NCBI GenBank assembly: GCA_951406725.2
Contig: OX597814.1
Span: forward strand, 119,164,001-119,228,000
Source of the DNA: Octopus vulgaris
Lineage: Eukaryota
Reading direction: 5' to 3'
DNA: 64,000 nt
Shown here: in pieces, positions 37,031 through 51,340 of the stretch
Numbering within the stretch: position 1 is the stretch's first letter
How the letters are laid out: every line of letters begins with the position of its first letter
Notes under the pieces: model-generated
Told to the model about the DNA's origin: nothing
The model's database searches: none
The model's input: the letters and a program-made list of their open reading frames with translations, nothing else
Translations under genes and position numbers: made by a program

Positions 37031-38606
37031 AAAACACTGTCTTAAAAATAATCTTTGACAGATGGATGGAAATTTCACAAGAAATACAATGAATGAAAAA
37101 CAAAATGCTAAAATACTGAACAAACATTTTGAAACAATCAAGAAATATTTCTCTTCTTTTTGTTTTTATGACTCATTTATGAAAACCAACAGCAACAAAA
37201 GAACAACTGCGACACATTGCGAATATCCAATAAGGTAACTTGTCGTGTAGACAATGTCCAGTCAGAGAAACAAATTTGGCGGTGGCTTGTCACAGAAGTG
37301 TCTGTTTTCCTGCCAAACGAATTTGTCCAAGAGCCGGCAACGAAAAATATTAATACAGCTCTACATTAAGGTTTTGAGTAGGATGTTTTTATCACATCTT
37401 CAAAAAACGATTTGAATAAGGTTCGGTGTGGAACAGTATCTTGCCCATACGTATAGTAGTGTCTGCATGTTTTGTTTTTTTTTAGTGATGGAACGATATG
37501 CTGAGAACAGTGAGACACCCGTGAATATATTTCTACCACAGTACAAAACACGGATGAATGTCAAGGTCATTGGTAGTAACATTGGCGTGTGAACATCGCT
37601 TTGCATATATTTGCAAATAATAATGACTACGAAAGAGTAGAAAGATATTCAAGACCCTTTTTTGTTGTAGGAACAGTAATCTGAGTGATGGAAGTTGCCG
37701 TGCAGTAATTGAAGATGTGGATGGATAAGCTATTTGAGGATTTTCAACAACGGGTATCTCACGAAAACATCGACCAAATGTTGAACAGAAGCAAAACCAG
37801 AAGATTCTGCTCCTCTTAGTAGGAGTACCGGAAATGAGAGAGAAGACCGCTTCCTTCTATTCCAGAAGTAGATAAAGTTAAAAGCGCACATCCTAATGGT
37901 CCTACTATATCAACTTCTGATGGCGAGAAGTGAGAGTGGACAGTGACAGATGTTTCAGGAGTAAAAGACAACAAAATGACGATATAGAATGAAAATAGGG
38001 AAACTGTAAAACACATTACACTGTTACAATTCATCAAAAGGAAGGATGAATTTTCTTGTGGAATTCTTTATAATTTCGCTCAGATTAGAGTTGGGCCTCT
38101 AAACTAATGACGTTAAATGTATATTATACGAGGCAGAACGCGTAAGATTAATATACAGTAGAGGTGCAAGCAATTGGCTGTTGGGTAAGGGCTGTATCAA
38201 TGATTTATCATAGAATGAAGGAGAAGCATCCCCAAGGCTTTAGGTTACATTACATTTTAGTATAGACAACAGCGGCTGAATATTGAAGATCTCGGGTCCG
38301 AGACCCCTTATTCAGTCCCACTCCTCATTGCATATCTCTCCACAAGCTTGCATTATCCAAGTTTAAATTATATCTCAATTCAATTAATGTCGTATTGAAT
38401 TTAATGTATTTTATATGTATTTTATACAATTATAAATGTATGCTATTTCGTTAGTCTTCATTAGAATTTTAATAATAGCATAGTATAATCTACTACGTTT
38501 TTATGTAATTTATCTCAACCATCCCACGTTTTTGTAAAGATATGAAAAGAACAATAGGTTAATTGATACGAGAACATCAAGTTTCAGAAAACGCCTAAAG
38601 CATATA

Positions 38607-38628
38607 CTCTCTCTCTCTCTCTCTCTCG

Positions 38629-38674
<46 letters not shown>

Positions 38675-39342
38675 GCACACACACGCATTCACATACATAC
38701 TTATACATGGATATATATATATATATATACATATATATATTCATATATGTATATACATATATATTCATAAATATATATTTATATATATATACATATATAT
38801 ATACGTATATACATATACTTACATAAATATATATTTATATATATATATACATATATATATACGTATATACATATACTTACATATATATATATATATATAT
38901 ACATATACTTACATATATATATATACATATATATATACATATATATACATATATATATACATATATATATACATATATATATATACATACATATATATAT
39001 ATATACATATATATATATACACATATATATATATACATATATACATACATATATATATACATACATATATATACATATACATATATATACATACATATAT
39101 ATATACATACATATATATATACATACATATATATATACATACATATATATATATATATATACATACATATATATATATATACATACATATATATATATAC
39201 ACATACATATATATACATATATATATATATACATACATATATATATATATACATACATATATATATATATACATACATATATATATATACATATATATAT
39301 ATACATACACATATATATATACATATATATATATATATACAT

Positions 39343-39390
<48 letters not shown>

Positions 39391-39430
39391 GTATATATAT
39401 ATATACACATATATATATACGCATATATAA
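38607..39430. repeat. ~820-bp cryptic (TA)n/(TACA)n simple-repeat tract
   Basis: Directly visible; source of ORFs 38779..39424. Confidence 0.95.
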
Positions 39431-40079
39431 ATTACTTTATAAATGTAAAGTGAAGCCTATATTCAATTAAAGTTTAGGTTTCAAAACACGTGGGTGTACT
39501 CCTCTACGTTACACGAAAATGAAAGCTTAAAGAACCCTCTCTAATTTCAGAATAGAATTATGTGACATAGTGTCATGATTTGAAATCTCAGAGCACTGTT
39601 AATGGCAACCCTTATTTGGATCTTTAAGTGACATGTATCTGTCAATGTGTCTTGTATTTTTGCAAAATACAGGTACACCTATCGTTTGTTTATAGTAATA
39701 CCTAATAAATTTTAATATTCACAGTACAGACTCGATTTCTAACCTCACTCATTAATGTCCTCTTACACAAACAATTGTAGTATTTTCCACTGCATGGTGT
39801 AATATTGTTTTGTGTTATCGGTTATTAATTTTTTATTACTCTGGGTAGCCAGGCATTGGTCTGGTGCAGCGAGAGTCAGTGCTTCAGTTTCGGCTTTTAG
39901 TCAAGAACTTTTGGACTATTGTTAGCTTTTAATTAGGCCAGTTCCTCTCTGTCAGGCCTGTCAGTGTATTCCCGACTCAGAGGGCAAACAAAACTCACTG
40001 TATACATTGATGTTCCATTAAACTAAACACACCACATTGTTTAATTCCAAAATGAAATAAAGTTATATAGGCGGGGGAT

Positions 40080-40385
40080 CAAAACTTGGAGTAATTGTTC
40101 TTATATCGATAATGCTCTTTTCAAAACATGTGACGTACCAGCTAAACCAACCTTTTGCAGTTATTGCATGAAATTTCAGTTCCTTTTTTGATCACCTGTA
40201 GTGCTCCTACAATCACTGGTATTGTAACCACCTTGAGATACCAAATTTCTTTTCAATTTCAATGTGTATGTCTTTATATATTCTGAGATAGTCAAATTCT
40301 TTTGCCGAGTTATGATTTCAAAGAATACTCATATCGATCAAAAAGCAAAATTGATTGTTCTGGTTCTTCACAAGTCCTGATATTT
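40080..40385 (-). pseudogene. R4/Dong-type RLE endonuclease 3' remnant (copy 2)
   Basis: RC gives ..CFLIDMSI..KEFDYLRIYKDIHIEIEK..WYLKVVTIPVIVGALQVIKKG. Confidence 0.75.
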
Positions 40386-40815
40386 CGGCTACATATCTGA
40401 CTGTAAATTTTTAATCATACCTACTGCACCTACAGTTTGATCCTGTTTTTAGGTTCCACTTTTGGTTGATATTTATTTCCATATCTTTCTATTTCGAGAG
40501 TTTCTCCGTTTCCTTTATACAAACATTGTCATCTACTGGACTTGATATGTTGATTAGAAGGCACCTTTACCATTTATGGTTTCTGACAACTATATCCGGT
40601 CCTTTGACCATGATACCTCTGCCTGTGTGTATAGGCATATCACAAACTATGATTGTTTTGTCGTTTTCTGAAGCCTTTTTGAAATATGTCTATACCATCT
40701 TTTTCTGTTCTCATTCAACAATACTGGGATATCTTCCAGTGTATATAGGTCCCAACTCTATCATGTCTGTGACATATATTCCTTCTTAGCCAGGATTCGG
40801 GAGCCAGAGACAATA
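40386..40815 (-). pseudogene. R4/Dong-type RLE endonuclease remnant (copy 1)
   Basis: RC with frameshifts: IVSGSRILAKKEY/HRHDRVGTYIHWKISQY/WYRH/ENDKTIIVCDMPIHTGRGIMVKGPDIVVRN..CLLINISSP.DDN..KETEKLSK*KDMEI. These are the RHD and PD..D..K motifs of RLE-type non-LTR elements. Confidence 0.88.
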
Positions 40816-40826
40816 CTATTTTTATT

Positions 40827-41360
40827 GTGGAGTGAAAGAGCAGCGCATGCCATCGAAGTGACACTGGGGTAAACTATAAGAAGCCCAATACACCCATCAT
40901 GACTACCACGTCTGATAAGAGTAAACCAGGCACATACATCACAACCATATGTGTGAGGCATGGTGATCTCATAACAAGATAAACAACGCATGAACATGCA
41001 AGTCGGGACCAGTTAGAATTTTCTTTAGGTCGAATAGCCCATCCCGTTCAAAAGGTCCCTGAATAAAGATTAGTTAAGGATATTGAACGAAACACCCATG
41101 ATTCCAGAGGTGAATTATTCAAACTCTAAAGAATTCCTCTCAACACATGGCTATGATGCTCCCCCACTACTTCTGCTCGTGATCAGATATCTAAATATCG
41201 TCAGCCACCAAGGGATATGTTCAACTGGTAATGATCTAGCAATTAACAAGTAACTCTGTTACTGAGCCAAAGTTTTGCTGTAGCGCATCTTTTACACCAT
41301 AACAAAATAATGTACATGATAACACTTCTAATCAGTTAAGATCAGAAACCATGAGAGCCA
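40827..41360 (-). mobile_element. Family C non-coding retroelement, second copy
   Basis: Colinear with 30716-31253; abuts the R4/Dong remnant on one side and (TTA)n on the other. Confidence 0.78.
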
Positions 41361-41385
41361 AAGGCTTATTATTATTATTATTATT

Positions 41386-41590
41386 AGCTGGCAGAAACGT
41401 TAGCACGCCGGGCGAAATGCGTAGCCGTATTTCGTCTGCCGTTACGTTCTGAGTTCAAGTTCCTCCGAGGTCGACTTTGCATTTCATCCTTTCGGGGTCG
41501 ATTAAATAAGTACCAGTTACCTACTGGGGTCGATCTAAACGACTGGCTTCCTCCCCAAAAATTTCGGGCCCTGTGTCTAGCGTAGAAAAG
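41386..41590 (+). mobile_element. SINE family B, well preserved
   Basis: AGCTGGCAGAAACGTTAGCACGCCGGGCGAAATG..ATTTCGTC..GAGTTCAAGTTCC..GGGGTCGAT; flanked by (TTA)n on both sides. Confidence 0.9.
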
Positions 41591-41654
<64 letters not shown>

Positions 41655-42409
41655 TCATTAGCGCCATCCTTCAATTCCGTTTCCATTTCTTACCGAGTGT
41701 CTTCTTGACACCTAGGGCAGAGAAACGTGTTGTATATTGTGTTGTTGTTCTTCTTCTTCTTATTATTATTATTATTATTGATGTTAGTGGTGGCGGTAAT
41801 ATCGCTGTTTGAAAAATTTGCTTCGAAGAAGATTTCTTCCAGAACTGCCTGAGGAAAAAAATGTTTCTTTCAGATTACTAACTAAAGTCTTCAGAAAAGA
41901 TGATCGTCCAGTCATTTGCCCTGGAGTGAAAAATGAATTTCGCCGGAACACTGGTTTTAGCATTGTATAGAATTTTAGTTATTAACATTTTTTATTATTA
42001 TTATTATTTGTGGCTAAAGCTGGCCTCAGAATTAGCTGGAGGAGATGCTCAAAACTGTGGTGGTATCCGTGATCTCAAGAAGATAAACACACATTGAAAT
42101 TATAAATAAACAATGAAACAGACTTATGAAAATAGACGGAGTGAAAAACTAAACAGTCTAAAGTGTAAACACTTAAATTTTGCGCAATGATTAACTTATA
42201 AATAGAAGTGTTGAAAATAAGAATTGGAGTGCAAACAAATATAAACATTTTGTAAAGCACCGAACACACCATTGCCAACGAAATTTCATCGTTTACGAAA
42301 GTTTCCAACCATAATTAGCTCTTTGGTGTGCGCCAGGTCATGACAATGTATGTAAATAAATACACTTCTTTGTTGGGATCAATGAAGGGTCATTATGTTT
42401 TTGCCTACT

Positions 42410-42431
42410 ACTACTGCTATTGTTGCTGCTG

Positions 42432-42490
<59 letters not shown>
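42410..42490. repeat. (CTA)n microsatellite
   Basis: Directly visible. Confidence 0.95.
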
Positions 42491-42503
42491 GGTTATTTTA
42501 TCT

Positions 42504-43545
42504 AGGCTGTGAGCAGATAGAATCGTTACCTCACCGGGCAAAATGCTTAACGTCATTTCGCCTGTCAATCCGTTCTGAGTTCAAATTCCGCAGTAATCAA
42601 CTTTGGTTTTCATCGTTTTGGGCTCGATAAAATAAGCATCATTTTGAACACTGGGATCGATGTAGCCGACTCATCCACTTCCGAAAAATTGCTGCTCTTG
42701 TGGAAAAATTTGAAACCATTATCATTATTTATTAAGGCAGCGAGTAGACAGAATGATTTTGTACGCCGGACAAAATGTTTGGCAACATTTCTTCCAGTCT
42801 CCCGTTCTGAGTTCAAACTCCACCGACGTCGACTTTGGCTCTCACCTTTTCAGGGTCGATAAAATAAGAATCAAATTATCTTAAATATTGAAGTCGATGC
42901 AACTGTCGATAAGTCTCCAGAAAATTTTCGTTCTTCTGACTTTCAAAGGGGATGAGATCACTTTATGTTTACATCTGGGACAAGATGTGTTCAGCATAGT
43001 CTTAGATCAGTGCAATTCCTCGACTCGCTGCTCATGGAGGTCTTCCTCTATCACGAGTCGAGCTTTGTCCTAATTTGTCATTTGCATGGCATATTTTCAC
43101 GTTTGTCTTTTATTTGATCCACTCATTTCATTTTGGCGGTGCGTCCGTCATTACGATCTGAGTTAAAATTCCACCGACGTCGACTATGCCTTTCATTCTT
43201 CAGGATTCGATAAAATAAGTACCAGTTGAACACTGAGGGCGATGCAATCGACGTACATTATCCCCGAAATATCAGGCCTTGTGCCAAAATTTGAAACAAT
43301 TATGATTATTATTATTATCATCATCATCATCATCATTAAGGCGGTGAGGTAGTTTGAATACTTAGCACACCGGGCGAAATGCTTAACGGTATTTCGTCCG
43401 TTTTGATGTTCTGAGTTCAAATTCCACCGAGGTCTACTTTACGTTTCATTCAATTGGATTCGATAAAATATCTACCAGCTGATCACTGGTTCGAATCAAC
43501 CCCGCTCGAAAAATAGCTGGCCCCTTGTGCATTAAGTAGAAAAGA
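42504..43545 (+). mobile_element. Cluster of four same-strand SINE family B copies
   Basis: Copies ~42504-42718, 42735-42940, 43130-43300 (partial) and 43339-43545, each with TCTGAGTT.AAA.TCC and TCGATAAAATA. Confidence 0.85.
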
Positions 43546-43570
43546 TTATTATTACTGTTGTTGTTGTTGT

Positions 43571-43636
<66 letters not shown>

Positions 43637-44917
43637 CAACAACAACAACAGCAGTGTTCGTAATGTATTCACCATGAAAATCATCATCATCATCATCGTC
43701 AGTCGTTATTATCTTTTCAAACATCACTTCAAATATGGTTATCGCAGACAAAATTTGCAGAAAGTCATGGAATATCGTAAAATGTATTTAAAGTTAAATT
43801 AAATTTACAGATGAAATGATTTTCTATATGAACTCATCAATTATGTAAAAGCCACTTGTATTTAATCAAACGACTTTTCTTAATAGGTTTTAGGAATTTG
43901 CAAAAGCTATTGGTTTATGGTTCTTGTTGTTGTTGGTGGTATTCTGTTTGTTTGTTTGTTTTTCTTTTTTGTATTTTGAGCGTAATTCTAAAATGTTTCT
44001 TTACTGATTACGTGAGAATTCAACTTTGAACGGAGTTTGAACATAAGAATATAATTATTTTATCTACGATAGAGAAAAACATTAAGGGCGATTGCAGTGA
44101 TTTTTTGGTGTTATTTTTTTTTGTTTTTAGTTAAACTACAAGTAACCCTGGTGCTTGGTAGTTATCATGATGACGGAGATGGATGAGGGTAATGAAAGAG
44201 GCGGATGAGGATGACGAGTAGTAGTGGTGATGATGATGATGATGATAATGATGATGAGGAAGAGGAGGAGGAGGGGCATGGATGAGGACGATTATGCTCG
44301 TTGTGTTAATAATGAACGAAGTTAGTAGAGATGGTGATGAACGAAGATGGCGTAACTGATAGTGCTACTGCTGATGATGACGGTTGATGATTGGAGGATG
44401 ATGATGAGGATGATGGGGGATGGTCATGGAAGAGAATAGTGATGTTGAGGATTACAAAGGGCAGAGAATAAGTGATGACGAAGAGAAAAGTGCTCAGCCG
44501 CTTTTCATCCCCCACCAAAAAAGATATTATGAACGGCGTCCCATTGTTGACCTTCACGCGTAGTCGTACATCGAAGACTGCGACATTCTCTAAATATGTC
44601 CTTCCAATATTTAAGGCAGAATGTTAGCATTTTATGGAGATACAGCTTCACTTTCTCGCCGCTCTGGCTTCCTCTTTAGCTGCTTGTTGTTGCTACTACT
44701 ACTAGCAATGGTGGTGGTGGTGGCGAGTAGTGAAATTAATGGCGTGCATAATGGCGAAGGTAAGCATGTGATGGTTTCTGCTGCTGCAGATAAATATCGT
44801 AGTTGTGATGGTGGTTTCGTGCTGGTGGTGGTTGAGGTGGTGGCAGTTGTAATGATGATGATGATCATCATCATGCCGCTAATGGTTATTTCCATGTTGA
44901 TGTTAATGTTGTAGTTG

Positions 44918-44979
<62 letters not shown>

Positions 44980-44980
44980 G
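43546..44980. repeat. Trinucleotide-rich low-complexity zone ((TAG)n, (GAT)n, (GGT)n)
   Basis: Directly visible; interspersed with short unique stretches. Confidence 0.8.
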
Positions 44981-46104
44981 TATAGTTATATTGATGAAAA
45001 GTAATCTTATGACCAGTTAGGATATGATAGTTTGCTTTCATCTTTGTACGCATGCACCTTTATTTCACATTCATTTTCCATTAATTTAACCTCGAATATT
45101 ATCACTAATTCACCATATCATTTACCAGAATTTCGTGATCACGTGATGTAGCGGAAAATATTTTTCTAATATTGCGATAAACAAATGGTTTATTAATGAT
45201 AAACTGACATGGTGTGTGGATGATAACTCTTGTTATAGATTTAATATTTCTTTCCTTTTATACCCTCTCCCCTTTCCCTCTCTATATCTCTCTCTCTTTC
45301 CCCCTCTCATTCTCTCTTCCACCTCTCTCTTAAACACATGGACAGACACACATTCCATCAGTATCTGAATGTTCCCACTTTCAATCTCTGCCTGCCCAAC
45401 TCTTTCATGTCATCTCTTTTGAATTAACTAAAACTCTAAAATTATCAGAGATAAGCATTTTAGAAATGAAAGGACAAAAATAATTCCTCATTATATATAG
45501 CCATGTTGTTAAGATGATAAGTTTAATATATAAGCATGTTGTTAAAAGGTTCAGTTCAAAGGAAACTGGTCCTGGGTTCCAATCCTATTAGGCACCCTCC
45601 TGGTCAAAATTGCATTCAAAATGTCTCTGGCCAGAATGAAGCATTGTAAAAGTTATATCAGCCATTTCAAAGATGCAGCAACACGATGGCCGATGCATAA
45701 GCTTTTGTTAGACATAGAGGATCATGTAACTTCATGAAGATAAAACTGAAGGTTATTTAGATCTGTTGTTTTACGATTTCTATACGCATTTTACGGCATA
45801 TGGGCAGGTCAGCACTCCCATTTTATGTAGATTATCTCGTAGGGATGATACTTCAACAAACTGCTGTTGCCTTCTCAAACATCGCAATGAGCGTGTATCG
45901 ACAGAGAGAATGACGTTCTTACAAATGCCTCTTTACACAAATGCATAGATAGACAGACATATCTATCTATCTATCTGTCTATCCATCCAACCATGTATCT
46001 ATCTATCTGTCTGTCTATCAATCCATCCATCTATCTATCTATCTATCTATCCATCCATCTAGCTAGCTATATGTGTGTGTGCGTGAATTAAAACAATATA
46101 CGAT

Positions 46105-46153
<49 letters not shown>

Positions 46154-46529
46154 GCACGCTCACACAACCAAAAGCTGAAGCTGATACTTCTGCACAAAAG
46201 AGATATGCACATTCATTGCCTAAGTGTTGTCAGCAGTATTCAAACATTCAGAAACACTACCATGCAAACATAGATTGACATACATTAACAAAATAGCACA
46301 CAATCACATGTTTCTAAATCCTTAGAACTGTCATCATTCAAACAAAAAAGACTTGTCACTTTGTTAGTGACAGATTTGAATTCACCGAAGAATTTCTCAA
46401 AATATGAAAGAAAAAAACATGTCATACGCACACACACACACACACACAAATGCATGCTTACATACAAACGAATATATGGATACATTCTTACATACATTTA
46501 TATTCAAATGTGCGTGTACAAATTTCCTC

Positions 46530-47950
46530 ATGACTTTTCCAGTACTATACTTTTTTTGAGCCTCCACGGCATAGGCCATGCTGTAGCACCGACTAAGATT
46601 TGAATATTCTGCGTCTTCCATTGCGTTTCTGCACAGTTCCAGTGCTGTAACATCGTTTTGTTATGTTTGCCAATATACATAGTGTTTCTATTTGGATGAC
46701 TAAGAAATTGGTAGAGATTGCCCTGCTTCGTTTGCAGCACCTTGCACATGCATCATCCTGTATGTTATATAGCAATGCAATGATATGCTTTTTATAAGCG
46801 TTTGTGAACATTTTTACATACACTTTAAGCGAGACATTTAGCCTGCTGCAGAGACATAAACGCGAAACTGTTGGGGTATACGTTTCTGGATACGAGACCA
46901 GGTAACAGAGTTCATCCCATTCACCTTTCTTTTGTTCAGTCTTGTATGCCACATCTTAATAAATCGATTTTCTGTAAACATCCATGTTTGGGTCTTGTCA
47001 GCTTTACATTGCTCAGAAGCGTTGTTCTGGTCTTTGAATTTGTATATTTTATAGGGAAAAACATGGTTCAGAATCTCCGCAGTTTCTGCTTAAGAGATGG
47101 CCTGCGGGGAGCGCATGTTTACGAACCGTAGTCCAAAACGAACGCTTACTCTAGTTGTTTTTGTTATAATACTCAGTAACTGGGATCTCCACAGTTTATA
47201 ACAAGATTGTAAGTATGAATATATTTAGAGAAGTGTGCAGTCATAGCTCTGCCAAGATCACGAACGTTCTTAGAGATTGCAACTATTTACCTGTTTGAAA
47301 TGAAGTAGAACAATTATTGGTGATTAATTTTCTGTAAGGGAGGGTATAAAAATTTGCCACAGCTCTTTCGGAAGTGCACAAATCTCATTCTATCTGTTGA
47401 ACTTAAGTTTATCTCTATAGTGCCAACATGCTCACTGTAGCTTATTGAGTAGTTTTTATCTATGTCTGTCAACATCAGGAGAAACAACTTAGGACCAAGA
47501 TTGTGCCGAGCAGTAATTCAATTTTCGATTTAGGTAATAAGCACAGACGTTCCGCGTAACGCTCCTTTGATCTAAAACAGAATTCCAATATTCCAATCAT
47601 GCTAATGTCCATCAATTTATGCCACAAATTTCTATGGTTGACCTTGTTGAAGTTTTTGCCGCAGTTAAGACATGTGCAGTAAAACTGATGATCAGAATAA
47701 TAAGTCATTTAGAGTTTGCTTGTATTTAGCAGATGTATTGAACCGATCCTTCCTGAGCGTATTTGTTGTTAAAAAGCAACTGCTGTTCAAAATTGTTTAT
47801 TAGAAAACTGCATAAAATAATCTACAACAGTTTGAGAAAGTGCGATGTTGGTGATAAAAGACTGCAATGGTTTATATTTATTGTACTGCCACATTAATAA
47901 ATCGGTCATATTACTACCTCTGACATTCCTTGCAGCATGCTAGAACACTA
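46530..47950 (-). pseudogene. Decayed LINE RT remnant (L2/Crack-like)
   Basis: CLNCGKNFNKVNHRNLWHKL (~47600-47680) matches LDxSKAFDxVNHxxLxxKL; CSRLNVSLKVYVKMFTNAY resembles the L2-group C-terminal block. Confidence 0.5.
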
Positions 47951-48409
47951 TTGACGGAGCTAGCTGACTGCAAATATTAATAGTGTTGGAAGGATGAGTT
48001 TGAATATTAATAATTGAGTTTCCTTAGCTTTATTCGAATATATTTTAGTTTAAAATATATTTTTAAAATACTTGAAAGCAATCGTATAAGAGGAAATGAC
48101 AGACGTTAACAGAAAATACCATACAGAAGGTTATCATACAGAAGTGTGAATATTTCATGAATTATGGTGTGATATGTGAAATGTCTTACAATGTATACTT
48201 CTTACGAAAACAAAAGTAATGTAATCAAAAGGACAATTTTCTGATATCTGGTGATAGTCTTTTACATAACATACATCAAAAACAAACAAATACCGTGCTA
48301 ACTTGGATGGCACGAAAAGTGTGTGTTCCATATATTTATATATGATTATATATTAAATTTTACTGACATCATGATACATAAAATTTTGTATATATAAGTC
48401 TTGCATATA

Positions 48410-48745
<336 letters not shown>

Positions 48746-48952
48746 TGTGTATTAAATTGAGATTATTATTTGAAAGCAAGTTTAAGGAATACAATGGAAT
48801 ATTTTCCTACTGAATGACATAGTGTCACCATTTTGAGAGTAGACTGAAAATTATTGTACATTTGGAAAGGGATTAACGTCACACCTGACGGCTTTTACAC
48901 TCAACCTGTCGGCACATACTTATGTAATGAATATACATACACACATATGTGA

Positions 48953-49028
<76 letters not shown>

Positions 49029-49251
49029 AAGTATGGGGGTTTAGTTCACAGGTGATCTAAACGATTGGGTACGTTAGGTTAGTGCTGTAACGGATTACTG
49101 GGGCTCCAAGGTTATAGCCGAGGCATTAGTTATAGTGCCATTGCAGATTTCCGATGCAGTGGATTTATAATTGTTAAACAGGACGTCAAACGCTAAGACA
49201 AGGCAAATATCTGCAGTCATATAAAATATTATTATAGGAAGAAATTCAAAA

Positions 49252-49305
49252 TCTGACAACTGTTTCTGGAATATCCCCGAATATAGGATATTCCGTCATC
49301 AGAGA
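49252..49305 (-). ncRNA. Minimal type I hammerhead ribozyme
   Basis: RC: TCT-CTGATGA-C-GGAATATCC..GGATATTCC-A-GAAAC-AGTT-GTC-AGA; 9-bp stem II, near-palindromic stem III, GUC site. Confidence 0.8.
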
Positions 49306-50741
49306 CAAATAGAGCGAAAAGAAATATGGAAAACGAGAATGGTATATATTAATAAGATGATAACATAGAGGAAGAGTGTAAAAGAATAAGGGGACGGAAA
49401 GAGAGAAGAAAAAAGCATAAAAGTTCATTGTTCAACTTCCCGAAGTTATAGACACTAGAAAATGAGTCCTTAGGTGCAATCCTGCGTAGATCCATGAGCA
49501 TAAGTCCTTAGGTGCAATTCTTTGTATATCCATGTGGGTTAAAGCCCTAATATGATAGACATACCAAGAAAAAGACGTGAATATATCAACGTTCAATAAC
49601 AGAATGGTAGCGGCAGTGGCTGTTAATTGGTAAAAGTACAGAAAAGAAAAGAAATAGAAAGAGAAGTAGATAAAGTGAGGTAGGGGGGATTGTAAGAATT
49701 GGCTATAGGATAAAGTAAGGTGCATAAGTGTATATTGTCTAAGAATTGTGTACGGGGTAGCCGAGAAGATAAGAGAGAGGATGAGAAGGTAGAGGAACAT
49801 AGAATAAAACAACAGAGCGAAATGAAAGGAATTTAAAGAGAGTAGTAGATGTCTAGTAGTCTCAATGTTTAAAGTTGTTGGGGAGAAAACTTGGTAGTAA
49901 TTGCTTGTGTCCGTCTTGGCTAAGGTCAGTGACTGTAGAATTATTTTTAGCAATGGGGTTATGTGTGCGTAGGTAGTCCAGGAAGGAAGAACTTCTTGAA
50001 TGTTAAGTTATTTATGAGTTTCAGTTAGAGTTAGGGGTTAATAGTAGAGGATTTATTGGGTAAAGATTTAAAAATAAATTAAGGATAAATTAAAGAATTA
50101 ATATTTATCTCATAGTGTGGTAAGCGAAGGTAGATAGAAGAAAGGTAAGACATAAGGTAGAAATAAGAGCTATAGAGATATAGAAGGGGTATGTGTTAAT
50201 GATCATAAGGGTTTGTATGTGGGTGGGGGTGAGTTTACATTAAGATTTATAAAAGATTTTAAACGTGTGGAAGAATTTGTGCTTACACGTTGTGAAGGCC
50301 TCATTGTATTTATTAAGCAATTGTGTTGAGGTGTAGGTTAGAATTTTGAGAGCTTCTTTTAAGCAAAGTCCACAACTGGAGTGTTGGTCCTGGACTCTAT
50401 TTTTTTGCTATTAATTAGATGGTGTATGTGGCTGGCTAGTGACGTGGAATTGATATTCTCATATTTGAACGAGTTTTAAACTCATTGATTTGTTCACGAA
50501 TTTTTCTTGGGATGTCTACTAAATCACGGACTTTAACCCACATGGATCTACGAAGAATTGCGCCTAAGGACTTATGCGCATGGATCTACGCAGGATTGCA
50601 CTTAAGGACTCATGCTCTAGTTTCTATAACTTCGGGAAGTTGAACTATGAATTTTTATGCTTTTTTTCTTCTCTTTTCCCATCTCCTTATTTTTTACGCC
50701 TTTCTTCTATGCTCTCCATTCCATATTTTTCCCTCTATTTG

Positions 50742-50795
50742 TCTCTGATGACGGTATATCCCATACTCTGGGATATCCCAGAAAGAGGTGTAAGA
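50742..50795 (+). ncRNA. Hammerhead motif (sister copy, stem III mutated)
   Basis: TCT-CTGATGA-CGGT-ATATCCCA..TGGGATAT-CCCA-GAAAG-AGGT-GTA-AGA. Confidence 0.65.
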
Positions 50796-50874
50796 TTTTG
50801 AATTTCCTCCTATAATAATATTGAATAAGACGTGAGATGTTTGCTTTGCCTTAATGCTTGACGTCTTGTTTAAC

Positions 50875-50917
<43 letters not shown>

Positions 50918-50920
<3 letters not shown>

Positions 50921-51340
50921 TATGATGTTTCCCGATGCATTCACAAATTTTCATTCACACCACAAAAACCCTTCGAATGAGCAACACAGAATCCGCGGCT
51001 CCATTCTTAGACATGACTAAACATGAGTTACTTTTGGAATTTACCATGTACAGGAAACTTTTTTACCACTTCTGTACACTACTTTACTTGAATAATGGAA
51101 CTGCAACTACAATGTTTTACTTTTACTTTCATTCCCTCTATATTCCCTTTCTCCTCCTTTTCCACAATAATTCCATATTTTGAGCTCAACCATTTACCTC
51201 TATTTAACCATCTCACAGAATCTCTGATGAAGAGGTATCCATAATATCCGAGAAACAGCTGTAAGACTGTTTCTATACCGCTTTCAGTATAAATGTTCTG
51301 AAAACTCCTCACAGCCTTGGTTTTGTTATCTGTTTTTGTG

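Larger units (their letters stand above)
49166..50881 (-). mobile_element. PLE 3' remnant with ~370-bp inverted pLTR copies
   Basis: 49166-49547 is the reverse complement of 50528-50881. Minus-strand remnants at 50260-50520: KIREQINEFK, TSLASHIHHL, CGLCLKEALKIL, TCKHKFFHTFK (GIY-YIG EN C-terminus). Confidence 0.88.

Noticed and set aside
38779-39424. ORFs of 171-209 aa and similar YI/CV/HT-repeat ORFs throughout
   Set aside because: Translations of simple repeats that lack stop codons; not genes.
35781-43545. Repeat-spacer-like arrays resembling CRISPR
   Set aside because: Units are ~200-bp diverged SINEs separated by microsatellites in eukaryotic DNA; no cas genes.
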